A stretch of DNA of 64,000 nt from an uncultured Staphylococcaceae bacterium (GTDB lineage Bacteria > Bacillota_I > Bacilli_A > RFN20 > CAG-826). Within the stretch, counting starts at the first letter, position 1, and each line of letters starts with the position of its first letter. This document shows, one piece after another, positions 16,448 through 26,073 of the stretch. The translations under genes and the position numbers were made by a program. The notes beneath the pieces were generated by a model. That model worked only from the letters and a program-made list of their open reading frames with translations, made no database searches and was not told the origin of the DNA. Where the stretch lies: positions 7,715 to 71,714 of the forward strand of contig CAZXCV010000002.1 in NCBI GenBank assembly GCA_964639215.1, read 5' to 3'.

Positions 16448-16756
16448 ATGAAAATTAAAAAAGGCGACAAAGTCATCGTCATCGCTGGCGCTGACAAAGG
16501 TAAGACGGGCACCGTTCAAAAAGTGTATGTCAAACTAAATCGCGTCGTAATCGAAGGTGTCAATGTTCACAAGAAACATCGAAAACCGACGCAGAACAAT
16601 CCTGAAGGCAGCATCGTCGAAATTTATGTGCCAATCGATGCGAGTAACGTCGCAATCGTCGATCCAAAAACCAAGAAAGCGACCCGCGTCGCCATTAAGG
16701 TTATCAAAGACAAAAAAGTCCGAGTAACCAAGGCTAGCGGTAGTCAGCTAGATTAA
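16448..16756 (+). CDS. rplX: 50S ribosomal protein L24
   Basis: 102 aa. MKIKKGDKV KOW domain. Confidence 0.95.
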   Translation: MKIKKGDKVIVIAGADKGKTGTVQKVYVKLNRVVIEGVNVHKKHRKPTQNNPEGSIVEIYVPIDASNVAIVDPKTKKATRVAIKVIKDKKVRVTKASGSQLD

Positions 16757-16765
16757 GGAGGAACC

Positions 16766-17392
16766 ATGGCAGCAGAAACCAAAAAAGCACCCGCTCCAAA
16801 AGTTGAAGCGAAAGCTAGTAAAGAAAAAGCACCCGCCGTCATTGAAAAAGTACCGGCGCGCTTAAAAGAAAAATATCGCCATGATGTCGTTCCTTCATTA
16901 ATGAAGAAATTTAATTACACATCGGTGATGCAAGTACCAGCGTTACACAAAATCGTCGTTAATATCGGCGTCGGTGATGCGATTACCAATGCGAAACTCT
17001 TAGAAGATTCAGTGCGAGAACTCGGTGAAGTCACTGGACAAAAACCCGTGATTACCAAAGCAAAAATCTCAATTGCAAACTTCAAATTACGCGAAGGACA
17101 GGCAATTGGTTGCAAAGTGACGTTACGAGGCGATCGTATGTATCAATTCTTCGATAAACTCGTAAGCATCGCCTTACCCCGCGTTCGTGACTTCCGTGGC
17201 GTCAGCAAAAACGCCTTCGATGGTCGCGGCAATTACACGCTCGGCGTCAAAGAACAATTGATCTTCCCGGAAATCAATTTCGACAAAGTAAATAAGATTC
17301 GCGGTATGGACATTATTATCGTCACAACCGCTAATACGGATGAGGAAGCCTTCGCCTTACTGAGCGAACTCGGCGTTCCCTTCCAAAAGTAG
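16766..17392 (+). CDS. rplE: 50S ribosomal protein L5 (with about 28-aa A/K/P-rich N-terminal extension)
   Basis: 208 aa. The core RLKEKY...MKKFNY is preceded by a low-complexity extension. Perfect AGGAGG RBS at the upstream ATG. Confidence 0.93.
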   Translation: MAAETKKAPAPKVEAKASKEKAPAVIEKVPARLKEKYRHDVVPSLMKKFNYTSVMQVPALHKIVVNIGVGDAITNAKLLEDSVRELGEVTGQKPVITKAKISIANFKLREGQAIGCKVTLRGDRMYQFFDKLVSIALPRVRDFRGVSKNAFDGRGNYTLGVKEQLIFPEINFDKVNKIRGMDIIIVTTANTDEEAFALLSELGVPFQK

Positions 17393-17401
17393 GAGGACCC
17401 C

Positions 17402-17587
17402 ATGGCAAAAACATCAATGCGCGTGCGTCAAGCTCGCACCCCAAAATATGCCGTGCGCGCTTACACTCGCTGTGAACGCTGCGGTCGTCCCCATTCTGTC
17501 TACACAAAATTTAAACTATGCCGTATTTGTCTCCGCGAATTAGCCTACAAAGGTGAAATTCCCGGGATGAAGAAGGCAAGTTGGTAG
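17402..17587 (+). CDS. rpsZ: 30S ribosomal protein S14 type Z (zinc-binding)
   Basis: 61 aa with CxxC...CxxC (CERCGRP...CRIC). Confidence 0.93.
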   Translation: MAKTSMRVRQARTPKYAVRAYTRCERCGRPHSVYTKFKLCRICLRELAYKGEIPGMKKASW

Positions 17588-17597
17588 GAGGTGCCGT

Positions 17598-17993
17598 ATG
17601 GTCATGACAGATCCAATTGCCGATATGCTTACGCGTATTCGCAATGCTAACACATTAAAAAGCGCCGCTGTCATCATGCCGAGTAATTCGGTAAAGGTGC
17701 GCATCGCAAAAATCTTAAAGGATGAAGGTTTCATCCAAGATTTCACAGTAACCGGCGATACCAAAAAGCAACTCGCCATTTCTTTAAAATACGCCGATGG
17801 TAACATTCGCATCATTAATGGGCTTAAACGCATTAGCAAACCTGGCTTACGAGTCACAGCTGGTGCTGACAAACTCCCACGAGTTTTGCGTGGACTAGGA
17901 ATCGCGATTATCTCAACATCGCAAGGACTGATGACTGATCGTCAAGCACGAACGCTTGGCATTGGTGGTGAAGTACTTGCCTATGTGTGGTAG
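17598..17993 (+). CDS. rpsH: 30S ribosomal protein S8
   Basis: 131 aa. [14 protein letters not shown]-terminus. Confidence 0.97.
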   Translation: MVMTDPIADMLTRIRNANTLKSAAVIMPSNSVKVRIAKILKDEGFIQDFTVTGDTKKQLAISLKYADGNIRIINGLKRISKPGLRVTAGADKLPRVLRGLGIAIISTSQGLMTDRQARTLGIGGEVLAYVW

Positions 17994-18002
17994 GAGGTAG
18001 CT

Positions 18003-18548
18003 ATGTCACGTATTGGAAATCTTTTGCTAACAGTCCCCGCTGATGTCACCCTGACTGAAAAAGATCGGGTCGTCGAAGTTAAGGGAAAGTTAGGGACGCT
18101 ACACATTAATTTACCCGATGGGATTGAACTCCATGTTGAGGGAAATCACGCGGCTGTCAAACGTCCCGATGACACCAAAATCAACAAACAGAACCATGGA
18201 ACGGTCCGGGCATTACTTAAAAATGCCATTCATGGCGTTACCAAAGGTTATGAAAAGAGACTTGAAATTATCGGTATCGGTTATAAAGCTGCCGTTCAAG
18301 CTGATGGCACGCTCTTACTGAATATCGGTTATTCGCACCCCGTCATCATAACGCCAAAGCCAGGCGTAAAAATTATCACCCCAGATAATACCAAAGTCAT
18401 AGTCTCGGGCATCGACCGTCAAGCAGTCGGTGAAACAGCCGCCAATATCCGTGCGGTAAGAGAACCCGAGCCTTATCAAGGTAAAGGTATTAAGTATGCC
18501 GGCGAACATATCATTCGCAAAGAAGGCAAACGAGCTGGTAAGAAGTAG
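18003..18548 (+). CDS. rplF: 50S ribosomal protein L6
   Basis: 181 aa. [13 protein letters not shown]-terminus. Confidence 0.95.
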   Translation: MSRIGNLLLTVPADVTLTEKDRVVEVKGKLGTLHINLPDGIELHVEGNHAAVKRPDDTKINKQNHGTVRALLKNAIHGVTKGYEKRLEIIGIGYKAAVQADGTLLLNIGYSHPVIITPKPGVKIITPDNTKVIVSGIDRQAVGETAANIRAVREPEPYQGKGIKYAGEHIIRKEGKRAGKK

Positions 18549-18565
18549 GAAATGAGGAAACGTTA

Positions 18566-18922
18566 ATGATTAAACAACTCGATAAAAATGTCGTGAGACA
18601 ACGCCGGCACATTCGCGTCCGTGCAAAAGTGCATGGTACAACTGAATGCCCACGCTTGTCAGTCTATCGCTCAAACGCCCACATTTCTGTGCAATTAATT
18701 GATGACGTTAAGGGAATCACCCTTCTCGCTAGCAGTTCCCATGCTCTCAAATTGGACCATGGCAACAATATCGCCGCCGCCACTAAAGTCGGCAGCGATA
18801 TCGCCACCAAAGCGCAAGCACAAGGAATAACAAAAATTGTGTTCGATCGCAGTGGTTACTTATATCATGGCCGGGTTAAAGCGCTTGCTGAAGCAGCGCG
18901 TACCGCCGGGCTAAAATTTTAA
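18566..18922 (+). CDS. rplR: 50S ribosomal protein L18
   Basis: 118 aa. Conserved order. Confidence 0.93.
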   Translation: MIKQLDKNVVRQRRHIRVRAKVHGTTECPRLSVYRSNAHISVQLIDDVKGITLLASSSHALKLDHGNNIAAATKVGSDIATKAQAQGITKIVFDRSGYLYHGRVKALAEAARTAGLKF

Positions 18923-18933
18923 AAGGAGCGCTC

Positions 18934-19530
18934 ATGGTAGAAAAGAATGAAGTTGTCGCCCCAGTCGCGACCGAAGAAAAAACAAGTGAAAATCGCCCCG
19001 CGCGTCCTCGTGGTGACCGTGGTGATCGTCGTCCTCGCAATGATCGTCGCCCGCGCCGTGAAGCAATTGTCAAGGAGTATGAAGACCGAACTGTCGCGAT
19101 TAACCGCGTCACCAAAGTCGTTAAGGGTGGCAAACACATGCGGTTTACCGCACTCGTTGTCATTGGTAATGGTAAAGGCAAATACGGTTTCGGTACTGGT
19201 AAAGCCGGTGAAGTCCCCGATGCCATTAAGAAAGCATTAGAAGCTGCTAAACGCAATACCGCTGAAATCAAAATGGTGCGCGCCGATACGATTGCCCACG
19301 AAGTAATCGGACAATTTGGCGCTTGCCGTGTCTTCTTAAAACCAGCACCTGATGGTACTGGAATCATCGCTGGTGGTCCAGTCCGCGCTGTACTAGAACT
19401 TGCCGGACTAAAAAACGTTTATTCAAAAGTGTATGGTAGCCGTGCGCCTATTAACATCATTCGGGCAACGAATGCCGGGCTCCAAAGCCTCCGCACATAC
19501 GAAGACGTCATGGCCCTCCGTGGCAAATAG
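18934..19530 (+). CDS. rpsE: 30S ribosomal protein S5 (with about 32-aa R/D-rich N-terminal extension)
   Basis: 198 aa. The core [21 protein letters not shown] is preceded by a charged low-complexity extension. AAGGAG RBS. Confidence 0.93.
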   Translation: MVEKNEVVAPVATEEKTSENRPARPRGDRGDRRPRNDRRPRREAIVKEYEDRTVAINRVTKVVKGGKHMRFTALVVIGNGKGKYGFGTGKAGEVPDAIKKALEAAKRNTAEIKMVRADTIAHEVIGQFGACRVFLKPAPDGTGIIAGGPVRAVLELAGLKNVYSKVYGSRAPINIIRATNAGLQSLRTYEDVMALRGK

Positions 19531-19542
19531 GAGGAAAACACA

Positions 19543-19983
19543 ATGCAATTACATGAATTAAAGCCAGTTGCTGGCGCCACCAAAGACTGTTTCCGTAAAG
19601 GTCGTGGCATCGGTTCTGGTAACGGCAAGACTGCTGGTAAAGGTCATAAAGGACAAAACTCCCGTAGTGGTGGTGGCGTTCGTCCAGGCTTTGAAGGTGG
19701 TCAAAACCCAATTTATCGGCGTTTACCAAAACGTGGATTTCGTAACTTTAAAAGCAATGTCTACGATGTTGTCAACGTTGAAGCGCTCGATCGCTTCGAA
19801 GCTGAGGCGACTGTGACACCAGCTTTATTAGTTGAGATGGGTCTAATCCGTGCTTCCTATACGCTGGTCAAGGTATTAGGTAGCGGAACATTAACGAAGA
19901 AGTTGACGGTGCAAGCCCATAAATTTTCCGCGACGGCTGAAGCGGCAATTACTGCCGCTGGTGGTCGTGTCGAGGTAATTTAG
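19543..19983 (+). CDS. rplO: 50S ribosomal protein L15
   Basis: 146 aa. It follows S5 directly, with no rpmD/L30 between. Confidence 0.95.
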   Translation: MQLHELKPVAGATKDCFRKGRGIGSGNGKTAGKGHKGQNSRSGGGVRPGFEGGQNPIYRRLPKRGFRNFKSNVYDVVNVEALDRFEAEATVTPALLVEMGLIRASYTLVKVLGSGTLTKKLTVQAHKFSATAEAAITAAGGRVEVI

Positions 19984-19985
19984 TT

Positions 19986-21338
19986 ATGAAAAGGATCGTT
20001 GATATCTTTAAAAACAAGGAAATCGTCAACCGCATCTTTTTCACCGTCATCATTTTATTCGTCTTTCGGGTTGGGGCGGCGATCACTGTCCCTGGTGTTA
20101 CTGTCAAAGACCTTGACCTCAATCAAAATAGCGCTCTCGCTTTAATGAATTTATTAGGTGGTGGCGCTCTCCAAAGTTTTTCCGTCTTCGCACTCGGCGT
20201 CAGTCCGTATATCACTTCAAGCATCATTACCCAATTATTGGCGATGGATGTGCTCCCAGCTTTATCAGAATTAAGCAAGCAAGGGCAATACGGTCGTAAA
20301 AAGAAAGAGATGACGACGCGTTACTTAACACTCCTACTTGGCGCTGTCCAAGCTTATGGAATTGTCAAAACGATGGAGACAACTGAGTATATTAAACTGA
20401 ATAGCACATCGTTTTGGAACTATGCCTATATCGTCACGATACTGGTGGCCGGTGCTATGCTTGTGATGTGGCTGGGCGATCAAATTTCGGTCAAAGGGCT
20501 CGGAAACGGAATTTCCGTGATTATTTTTGCCGGGATTGTTCGTAGTTTACCACTACAAATTCAATCGGCTTATCGAAACTGGGTGGCCTTGACGGTTGGT
20601 CTTGACACACCCGTATTCCTTCGTGGTATTTTCCAATTCACGATATACATCCTCGCATTCTTACTTATCATTGCATTTGTCACGTTTGTCGAACAGAGCA
20701 AACGTAAAATACCCGTTCAGCACGCTGGAAAAAGTGGAGCAGGTAAGAAGTACTCCCAAGCGAGTTTCCTTCCAATCAAAATAAACTCAGCTGGTGTGAT
20801 TCCCGTCATTTTTGCAAGTTCAATCATGATGGCGCCATCCGTCATCATCAGTTTCATCAGCGGTGCCAATACATCAGCCGAATGGCTTAAAGTTTTCTCG
20901 AGCAGCGAACTTGTGAAGATGCCCTGGTTTAATAACCAAACTTGGCAATTCCCATGGGGACTTATTATTTATTTGCTGTTAACGGTCCTCTTTACATTCT
21001 TTTATTCGAATTTACAAATTAACCCGCATCAACTAGCGGAAAACTTCCAAAAAAATGGTTCCTACATTCCCGGCATTCGTCCTGGAAATGAAACGGAACG
21101 CTATGTCAAAAAGGTTGTTAATCGCGTCACGGTGCTCGGGGCTGCATCTTTAGCATTTATCGCGGCATTACCAATCGTCCTCGTCTTATTAAAAGTCGTA
21201 CCCGATCACTCGTTAGCCTTAGGTGGCACGGGGTTGATTATCGTCGTCGGTGTTGCCATTGAAATCAACAACCAAATTGACGGTCTTTTAGCCGGCAAGA
21301 GTTTTGATGAAGTGACCCAAGGTGGAGGAATGAAATAA
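19986..21338 (+). CDS. secY: preprotein translocase subunit SecY
   Basis: 450 aa, 10-TM, conserved SecY motifs (LGGGALQSFSVFALGVSPYITSSII). Confidence 0.97.
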   Translation: MKRIVDIFKNKEIVNRIFFTVIILFVFRVGAAITVPGVTVKDLDLNQNSALALMNLLGGGALQSFSVFALGVSPYITSSIITQLLAMDVLPALSELSKQGQYGRKKKEMTTRYLTLLLGAVQAYGIVKTMETTEYIKLNSTSFWNYAYIVTILVAGAMLVMWLGDQISVKGLGNGISVIIFAGIVRSLPLQIQSAYRNWVALTVGLDTPVFLRGIFQFTIYILAFLLIIAFVTFVEQSKRKIPVQHAGKSGAGKKYSQASFLPIKINSAGVIPVIFASSIMMAPSVIISFISGANTSAEWLKVFSSSELVKMPWFNNQTWQFPWGLIIYLLLTVLFTFFYSNLQINPHQLAENFQKNGSYIPGIRPGNETERYVKKVVNRVTVLGAASLAFIAALPIVLVLLKVVPDHSLALGGTGLIIVVGVAIEINNQIDGLLAGKSFDEVTQGGGMK

Positions 21339-21997
21339 TGTTAAACATCATTCTCATGGGACCACCTGGTGCTGGCAAAGGCACCCAAGCCAAAAAGATT
21401 ATCGTCGCTTATGACATCCCCCATATATCGACCGGTGACATGTTCCGCGAAGCCATAAAAGCGGGCACTGAACTCGGCAAATTGGCTGCAAGTTACATTA
21501 ATAAGGGCGATTTGGTGCCCGATGAAGTAACGATTGGACTTGTCAAACAGCGACTATCACAACCCGATTGTCAACGCGGTTACTTACTTGACGGCTTTCC
21601 ACGGACACTGCCACAGGCTCAAGCGCTTGATCAGTTGGCCAAAGATATCGGGCGCCCCGTCAATGCTGTGATTGACTTTACAGCCGAACGTGGCGAACTC
21701 ATTCGACGCATCACAGGACGACGCGTTTGCACAAAATGCGGGACGCCGTATCACGTCGATACAATGAAACCAAAAGTGGCCGATGTTTGCGATGTATGTG
21801 GCGGACCGCTAATTCAACGCAAAGACGATAATCTTGAAGCGCTCGTCGTCCGACTTGATCACTATGAAGTATCGACAAAACCACTCATTGCTTTTTATGA
21901 ATCTAAGGGTTTACTTCGCCGCGTCAATGGATTGCACGAAGCTGAGCTCTTGTTCAAAGAGATGAAAGCAATCTTCCAAGAGGTCGATGCCGCGTGA
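21338..21997 (+). CDS. adk: adenylate kinase (zinc-lid type)
   Basis: 219 aa. P-loop GPPGAGKGTQ and lid CTKCGTPYH...CDVCGGPL. Ends in TGA. Confidence 0.97.
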   Translation: MLNIILMGPPGAGKGTQAKKIIVAYDIPHISTGDMFREAIKAGTELGKLAASYINKGDLVPDEVTIGLVKQRLSQPDCQRGYLLDGFPRTLPQAQALDQLAKDIGRPVNAVIDFTAERGELIRRITGRRVCTKCGTPYHVDTMKPKVADVCDVCGGPLIQRKDDNLEALVVRLDHYEVSTKPLIAFYESKGLLRRVNGLHEAELLFKEMKAIFQEVDAA

Positions 21998-22761
21998 TCA
22001 TCGTTAAATCCCCGCGTGAAATTAGTGTTATGCGCGAGGCTGGTACCATCGTTGCCACAGTCTTAGAGGCGATGGAAAAACATATCCAGGTTGGGATGAC
22101 CACGAAACGATTAGACACACTAGCCGAACAAATTATTCATAGTCATGGCGCGACACCCTCATTCAAAGGGTATGGCGGCTTCCCCTACGCGATTTGCGCA
22201 TCGGTCAACGATACGCTCATCCATGGATTTCCAAATGACGTTCCCCTTAAAAGTGGTGACGTGGTTAAAATCGATGTTGGCGCGCATTATAAGGGATATC
22301 ATGGCGATGCCGCCCGAACATTTATTGTCGGGACTGGCAGCTCACTCGCCGAAAAGCTGGTGCGAACGACAAAAGAGAGTTTTGTGGAAGCACTAAAACT
22401 CGTCAAACCCGGCGTACATCTTGGTGACATTAGTCATGCCATTCAGACTTACGTTGAAGCGCGCGGATTCAGTTTACCGCGCGATTACACTGGACATGGA
22501 ATTGGTCAAGATCTTCATGAAGATCCAGCGATTCCTAACTACGGGATGGCCCACACTGGGCCATTATTACGTCCCGGTATGGCCTTGGCGATTGAGCCAA
22601 TGGTCAATGCTGGACGCCACGAGACAAAAGTACTCGCAGACGGTTGGACCGTGAAAACGGTCGATGGCAAACTGTGCGCGCATTACGAAAATACGATTGT
22701 CGTGACAGAATCTGGTTATGAGATTCTCACGCAACGATTACAGGAGGAGTTAAATGGCTAA
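21994..22761 (+). CDS. map: methionine aminopeptidase type I
   Basis: 255 aa. The GTG start overlaps the adk TGA. Conserved MetAP metal ligands. Confidence 0.95.
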   Translation: MIIVKSPREISVMREAGTIVATVLEAMEKHIQVGMTTKRLDTLAEQIIHSHGATPSFKGYGGFPYAICASVNDTLIHGFPNDVPLKSGDVVKIDVGAHYKGYHGDAARTFIVGTGSSLAEKLVRTTKESFVEALKLVKPGVHLGDISHAIQTYVEARGFSLPRDYTGHGIGQDLHEDPAIPNYGMAHTGPLLRPGMALAIEPMVNAGRHETKVLADGWTVKTVDGKLCAHYENTIVVTESGYEILTQRLQEELNG

Positions 22762-22972
22762 AGAAGACGTAATTGAAGTGGAAGCGACGGTTATCGAGAC
22801 ATTACCGAACACGACATTTCGTGTCAAACTCGAAAACGGTCACGTAATTCTGGCCCACGTTTCTGGTAAAATCCGTATGCACTACATTCGCATTTTACCA
22901 GGTGATCGAGTTACGGTTCAAATTTCCCCCTATGACTTAACACGGGGCCGCATCACATTCAGGTATAAGTAA
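22754..22972 (+). CDS. infA: translation initiation factor IF-1
   Basis: 72 aa. [13 protein letters not shown]. Confidence 0.97.
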   Translation: MAKEDVIEVEATVIETLPNTTFRVKLENGHVILAHVSGKIRMHYIRILPGDRVTVQISPYDLTRGRITFRYK

Positions 22973-22990
22973 TACCAAGGAGTAACAATT

Positions 22991-23104
22991 ATGAAAGTAA
23001 GAACATCAGTTAAACCGATTTGCGATAAATGCAAAGTGATTAAACGCAAAGGTGTCGTCACCGTTATTTGCGAAAATCCTAAGCATAAGCAAAGACAAGG
23101 TTAA
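22991..23104 (+). CDS. rpmJ: 50S ribosomal protein L36
   Basis: 37 aa, [37 protein letters not shown]. It is too short for the ORF track. Found by reading the infA-rpsM gap. Confidence 0.93.
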   Translation: MKVRTSVKPICDKCKVIKRKGVVTVICENPKHKQRQG

Positions 23105-23122
23105 GTAAGGAGAAACAGCATT

Positions 23123-23500
23123 ATGGCTCGTATCGTCGGTGTCGACATTCCAAATGAAAAACGCGTTGTGATTGCGCTTACCTATATTTATGGTATCGGC
23201 GTTTCCGCTTCAAAAAAGATTCTTGAAGCTGCGAACGTCAGCGAAGAAATCCGCGTCAAAAATTTAAGTGATGAACAATTAGTCGCGATTCGCACCCAAG
23301 TCGCCAAATTAAAAGTTGAGGGTGATCTTCGTCGTGAAGTCGCTTTGAATATCAAACGACTCCAAGAAATCGGCTGCTATCGTGGCATGCGTCATCGTAA
23401 AGGTTTACCCGTTCGTGGTCAACGAACGCGGACAAACGCCCGGACTCGTAAAGGTCCTCGTAAGACAATTGCCAATAAGAAAGCCGCCTCACAAGGTTAA
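23123..23500 (+). CDS. rpsM: 30S ribosomal protein S13
   Basis: 125 aa. [10 protein letters not shown]. Confidence 0.97.
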   Translation: MARIVGVDIPNEKRVVIALTYIYGIGVSASKKILEAANVSEEIRVKNLSDEQLVAIRTQVAKLKVEGDLRREVALNIKRLQEIGCYRGMRHRKGLPVRGQRTRTNARTRKGPRKTIANKKAASQG

Positions 23501-23518
23501 TGAAAGGAGTAATGATGT

Positions 23519-23911
23519 ATGGCTACTAAAACCACTTCGACGCGCAAAAAGAAAATTAAGCGCAGTTTTACTAAAGGTACTGCACACATTCATGCAACCT
23601 TCAATAACACGATTATCACGATTACCGATGATTCCGGTAATGCCATTGCCTGGAGCACCCCTGGTGCTTTAGGATATAAGGGTGCTCGGAAATCCACGCC
23701 ATTCGCTGCCGGTATGGCAGCTGAAGCCGTGGCTAAAGTTGCCCTTGATCAAGGCATTAAAACCGTTGACGTAAACGTCAAAGGTCCCGGTCCTGGTCGT
23801 GAAGCCGCTGTCCGCAGCTTACAAGCCGCGGGTTTACAAATTAACATGATTACGGATACGACACCCGTTCCTCACAACGGTTGCCGTCCGCCCAAGAAGC
23901 CACGTGGCTAA
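23519..23911 (+). CDS. rpsK: 30S ribosomal protein S11
   Basis: 130 aa. Conserved. Confidence 0.97.
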   Translation: MATKTTSTRKKKIKRSFTKGTAHIHATFNNTIITITDDSGNAIAWSTPGALGYKGARKSTPFAAGMAAEAVAKVALDQGIKTVDVNVKGPGPGREAAVRSLQAAGLQINMITDTTPVPHNGCRPPKKPRG

Positions 23912-23931
23912 GAAAGTAGGAGGAACGAAGC

Positions 23932-24897
23932 ATGAGTTTTATCGCAAAACAATTCGAGAAGCCGATCTTTACCAAGAAGCTGTTTGACAGCACCCACAAT
24001 TATGGACGTTTCGTCTTGGAACCACTGGAACGTGGTTTTGGCTTGACACTCGGCAACTCATTACGTCGCGTGCTATTGAGCAGTTTGCCAGGCGCCTCAG
24101 TGTTTGCTGTTGAAATCGAAGGTGCACGTCACGAATTTTCAGCGCTTGATGGCGTCAGTGAAGACGTGACATCCATTATTCTCAACTTGAAAGACCTCGT
24201 CTTGAAAATTGATGAAGAAGGCAATGAGACGAAGACGCTTGAAGTCGATGCCACTGGTCCAAAAACGGTGACTGCGGCTGATTTGTCGCTTCCCTATGGA
24301 GTGAGTGTCATCAACCCCGACCTCGTTTTAGCCAACGTCGTCGAAGGTGGTCATCTTAAGATGCGCATTTATGCTCGCAACGGTCGTGGTTATGTCACGA
24401 GCGAAGGCAATAAAGCGAATCGTTATACATCCAAATTAGGAACGATTGCGACTGATAGCAATTATTCACCAGTTACTAAAGTAAGTTTCACAATTGACCC
24501 CACTCGTGTCGGTCACGATTCGCGCTATGACAAGTTGACACTAGAAATATGGACGAATGGAAGTCTTAAACCACAAGAAGCCCTCTCACTCGCTTCCCGT
24601 ATTTTAATTGCGCACTTTGAGGGCTTTGTCGATCTTGAAGAAGCAACACATGATGTGAACATCATGAAAGAAGCGACTGAGCAAACTGAAGATAAGTTCT
24701 CCAATATGACAATCGTTGATCTTGATCTGTCGGTTCGTTCATATAACTGCCTCCGTCGTGCAGGAATTGAAACGGTCTACGAATTGACGCAACGGACCGA
24801 AGAAGAAATGATGAAAGTACGCAACTTAGGCAAAAAATCGCTCAAAGAAGTTAAAGAAAAACTTCAAGCGATTGGGCTGATGTTCCGCGAGAATTAA
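23932..24897 (+). CDS. rpoA: DNA-directed RNA polymerase subunit alpha
   Basis: 321 aa. NTD GxxLGNSLRRVLLSS and CTD. Confidence 0.97.
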   Translation: MSFIAKQFEKPIFTKKLFDSTHNYGRFVLEPLERGFGLTLGNSLRRVLLSSLPGASVFAVEIEGARHEFSALDGVSEDVTSIILNLKDLVLKIDEEGNETKTLEVDATGPKTVTAADLSLPYGVSVINPDLVLANVVEGGHLKMRIYARNGRGYVTSEGNKANRYTSKLGTIATDSNYSPVTKVSFTIDPTRVGHDSRYDKLTLEIWTNGSLKPQEALSLASRILIAHFEGFVDLEEATHDVNIMKEATEQTEDKFSNMTIVDLDLSVRSYNCLRRAGIETVYELTQRTEEEMMKVRNLGKKSLKEVKEKLQAIGLMFREN

Positions 24898-24909
24898 TAG
24901 GAGTCAGTT

Positions 24910-25311
24910 ATGGCAACACAAGGACGTAAAAACGTACACGGTAAAGGTGGCGTGCGCTTTAAAGCCCCGTATACCGCGAGCAAACACAAATCACAATTGC
25001 GCAATCTCGTTTCAACTTTAATTGTTGAAGAAAAAGTCACCGTTACTGGCGGCATGGTCGCTGATTTAATTAAATTATCCGATCGACTTGTCACATATGC
25101 AAAAGCCGGCGATCTCCATTCGAGACGTTTAGCTGCGAGTGTCGTTCGCGATTATATCGCCGATGAGAAAAAAGGTCTCGTCGCCCTCGATAAGCTTTTC
25201 GCGGAAATTGGACCACGCTATAAAGATCGCGCAGGTGGTTATACCAAAGCGTTACGCGTTGGTAATCGTCGTGGCGATAATGCCCCGATTTATCTCATCG
25301 CATTAGTGTAA
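24910..25311 (+). CDS. rplQ: 50S ribosomal protein L17
   Basis: 133 aa. Last gene of the alpha operon. Confidence 0.95.
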   Translation: MATQGRKNVHGKGGVRFKAPYTASKHKSQLRNLVSTLIVEEKVTVTGGMVADLIKLSDRLVTYAKAGDLHSRRLAASVVRDYIADEKKGLVALDKLFAEIGPRYKDRAGGYTKALRVGNRRGDNAPIYLIALV

Positions 25312-25321
25312 TAAACAAACT

Positions 25322-25346
25322 AGCCTTGCATTGCAAGGCTTTTTTA
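25322..25346 (+). terminator. rho-independent terminator of the alpha operon
   Basis: Perfect palindrome AGCCTTGCA-T-TGCAAGGCT followed by TTTTTTATT. Confidence 0.8.
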
Positions 25347-25389
25347 TTGCCAATACCAATAACTTAGGTAATAAACAAACATTTGTTGT

Positions 25390-26073
25390 ATGATTATCAA
25401 TATGATTAGAAACGTAATTTTCGATCTTGATGGAACGCTTTTAGACACCATTAATGACATCGCTAAAGCTTTGAATGAGACGCTTGTAAGTTTCGAGCTA
25501 CCACCTGTAAGTCTCTATGAGGTCACGAGTTTTATCGGGGATGGCTCTGATATGCTGATTAAGCGCGCATTGAAGGGAGATAGACTTGAGGCAGTAACAC
25601 TTTTAAAATTTAAAAAACAATATTTATCATTACAACTTACCTATCAGTTAGAACGAACAAAACCTTTTAGTGGAATCTTAACGCTTATACATTCATTACG
25701 GAATCAAAACATTCGGCTCTTCGTCTTTTCAAATAAACCACATGACTTTGTCGTGAAATTGATTGAAGCGCGGTTTCCCAATCTTTTTACGGCTGTGCTT
25801 GGCCAAAAAGATCAGGCGATGCCGAAACCAGACATAACCGCCTTTACCCATTTTGCCAAGCAACATCAAATCTTTAGTGGTACCTCACTCTTTGTTGGTG
25901 ACTCGCTTGTTGATATTACCACAGCCCAAAATTTAGCGATGAATTGCGTGGCGGTAACATGGGGGTATGTCGCTAAAGAGACTCTCATCAATGCGAAACC
26001 AACATTTGTTTGCGATACTACTGAAGAACTTTTAACGATCGTTCAAAAATTGAATCAGGGATTACCAAGATGA
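25390..26073 (+). CDS. HAD-superfamily hydrolase (phosphatase/phosphoglycolate-phosphatase-like)
   Basis: Motif I FDLDGTLLDT near the N-terminus, with motif III/IV SGTSLFVGDSLVD. Start is 25390 or 25402. Confidence 0.7.
   Translation: MIINMIRNVIFDLDGTLLDTINDIAKALNETLVSFELPPVSLYEVTSFIGDGSDMLIKRALKGDRLEAVTLLKFKKQYLSLQLTYQLERTKPFSGILTLIHSLRNQNIRLFVFSNKPHDFVVKLIEARFPNLFTAVLGQKDQAMPKPDITAFTHFAKQHQIFSGTSLFVGDSLVDITTAQNLAMNCVAVTWGYVAKETLINAKPTFVCDTTEELLTIVQKLNQGLPR

Noticed and set aside
10897-19816. Numerous 60-160-aa ORFs on both strands within the ribosomal protein operon (for example 10933-11139 minus, 13962-14321 minus, 18876-19367 minus, 19568-19816 plus)
   Set aside because: All are alternative-frame or antisense readings of highly conserved r-protein genes. 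The r-protein frames are unambiguous and tightly packed with RBSs.
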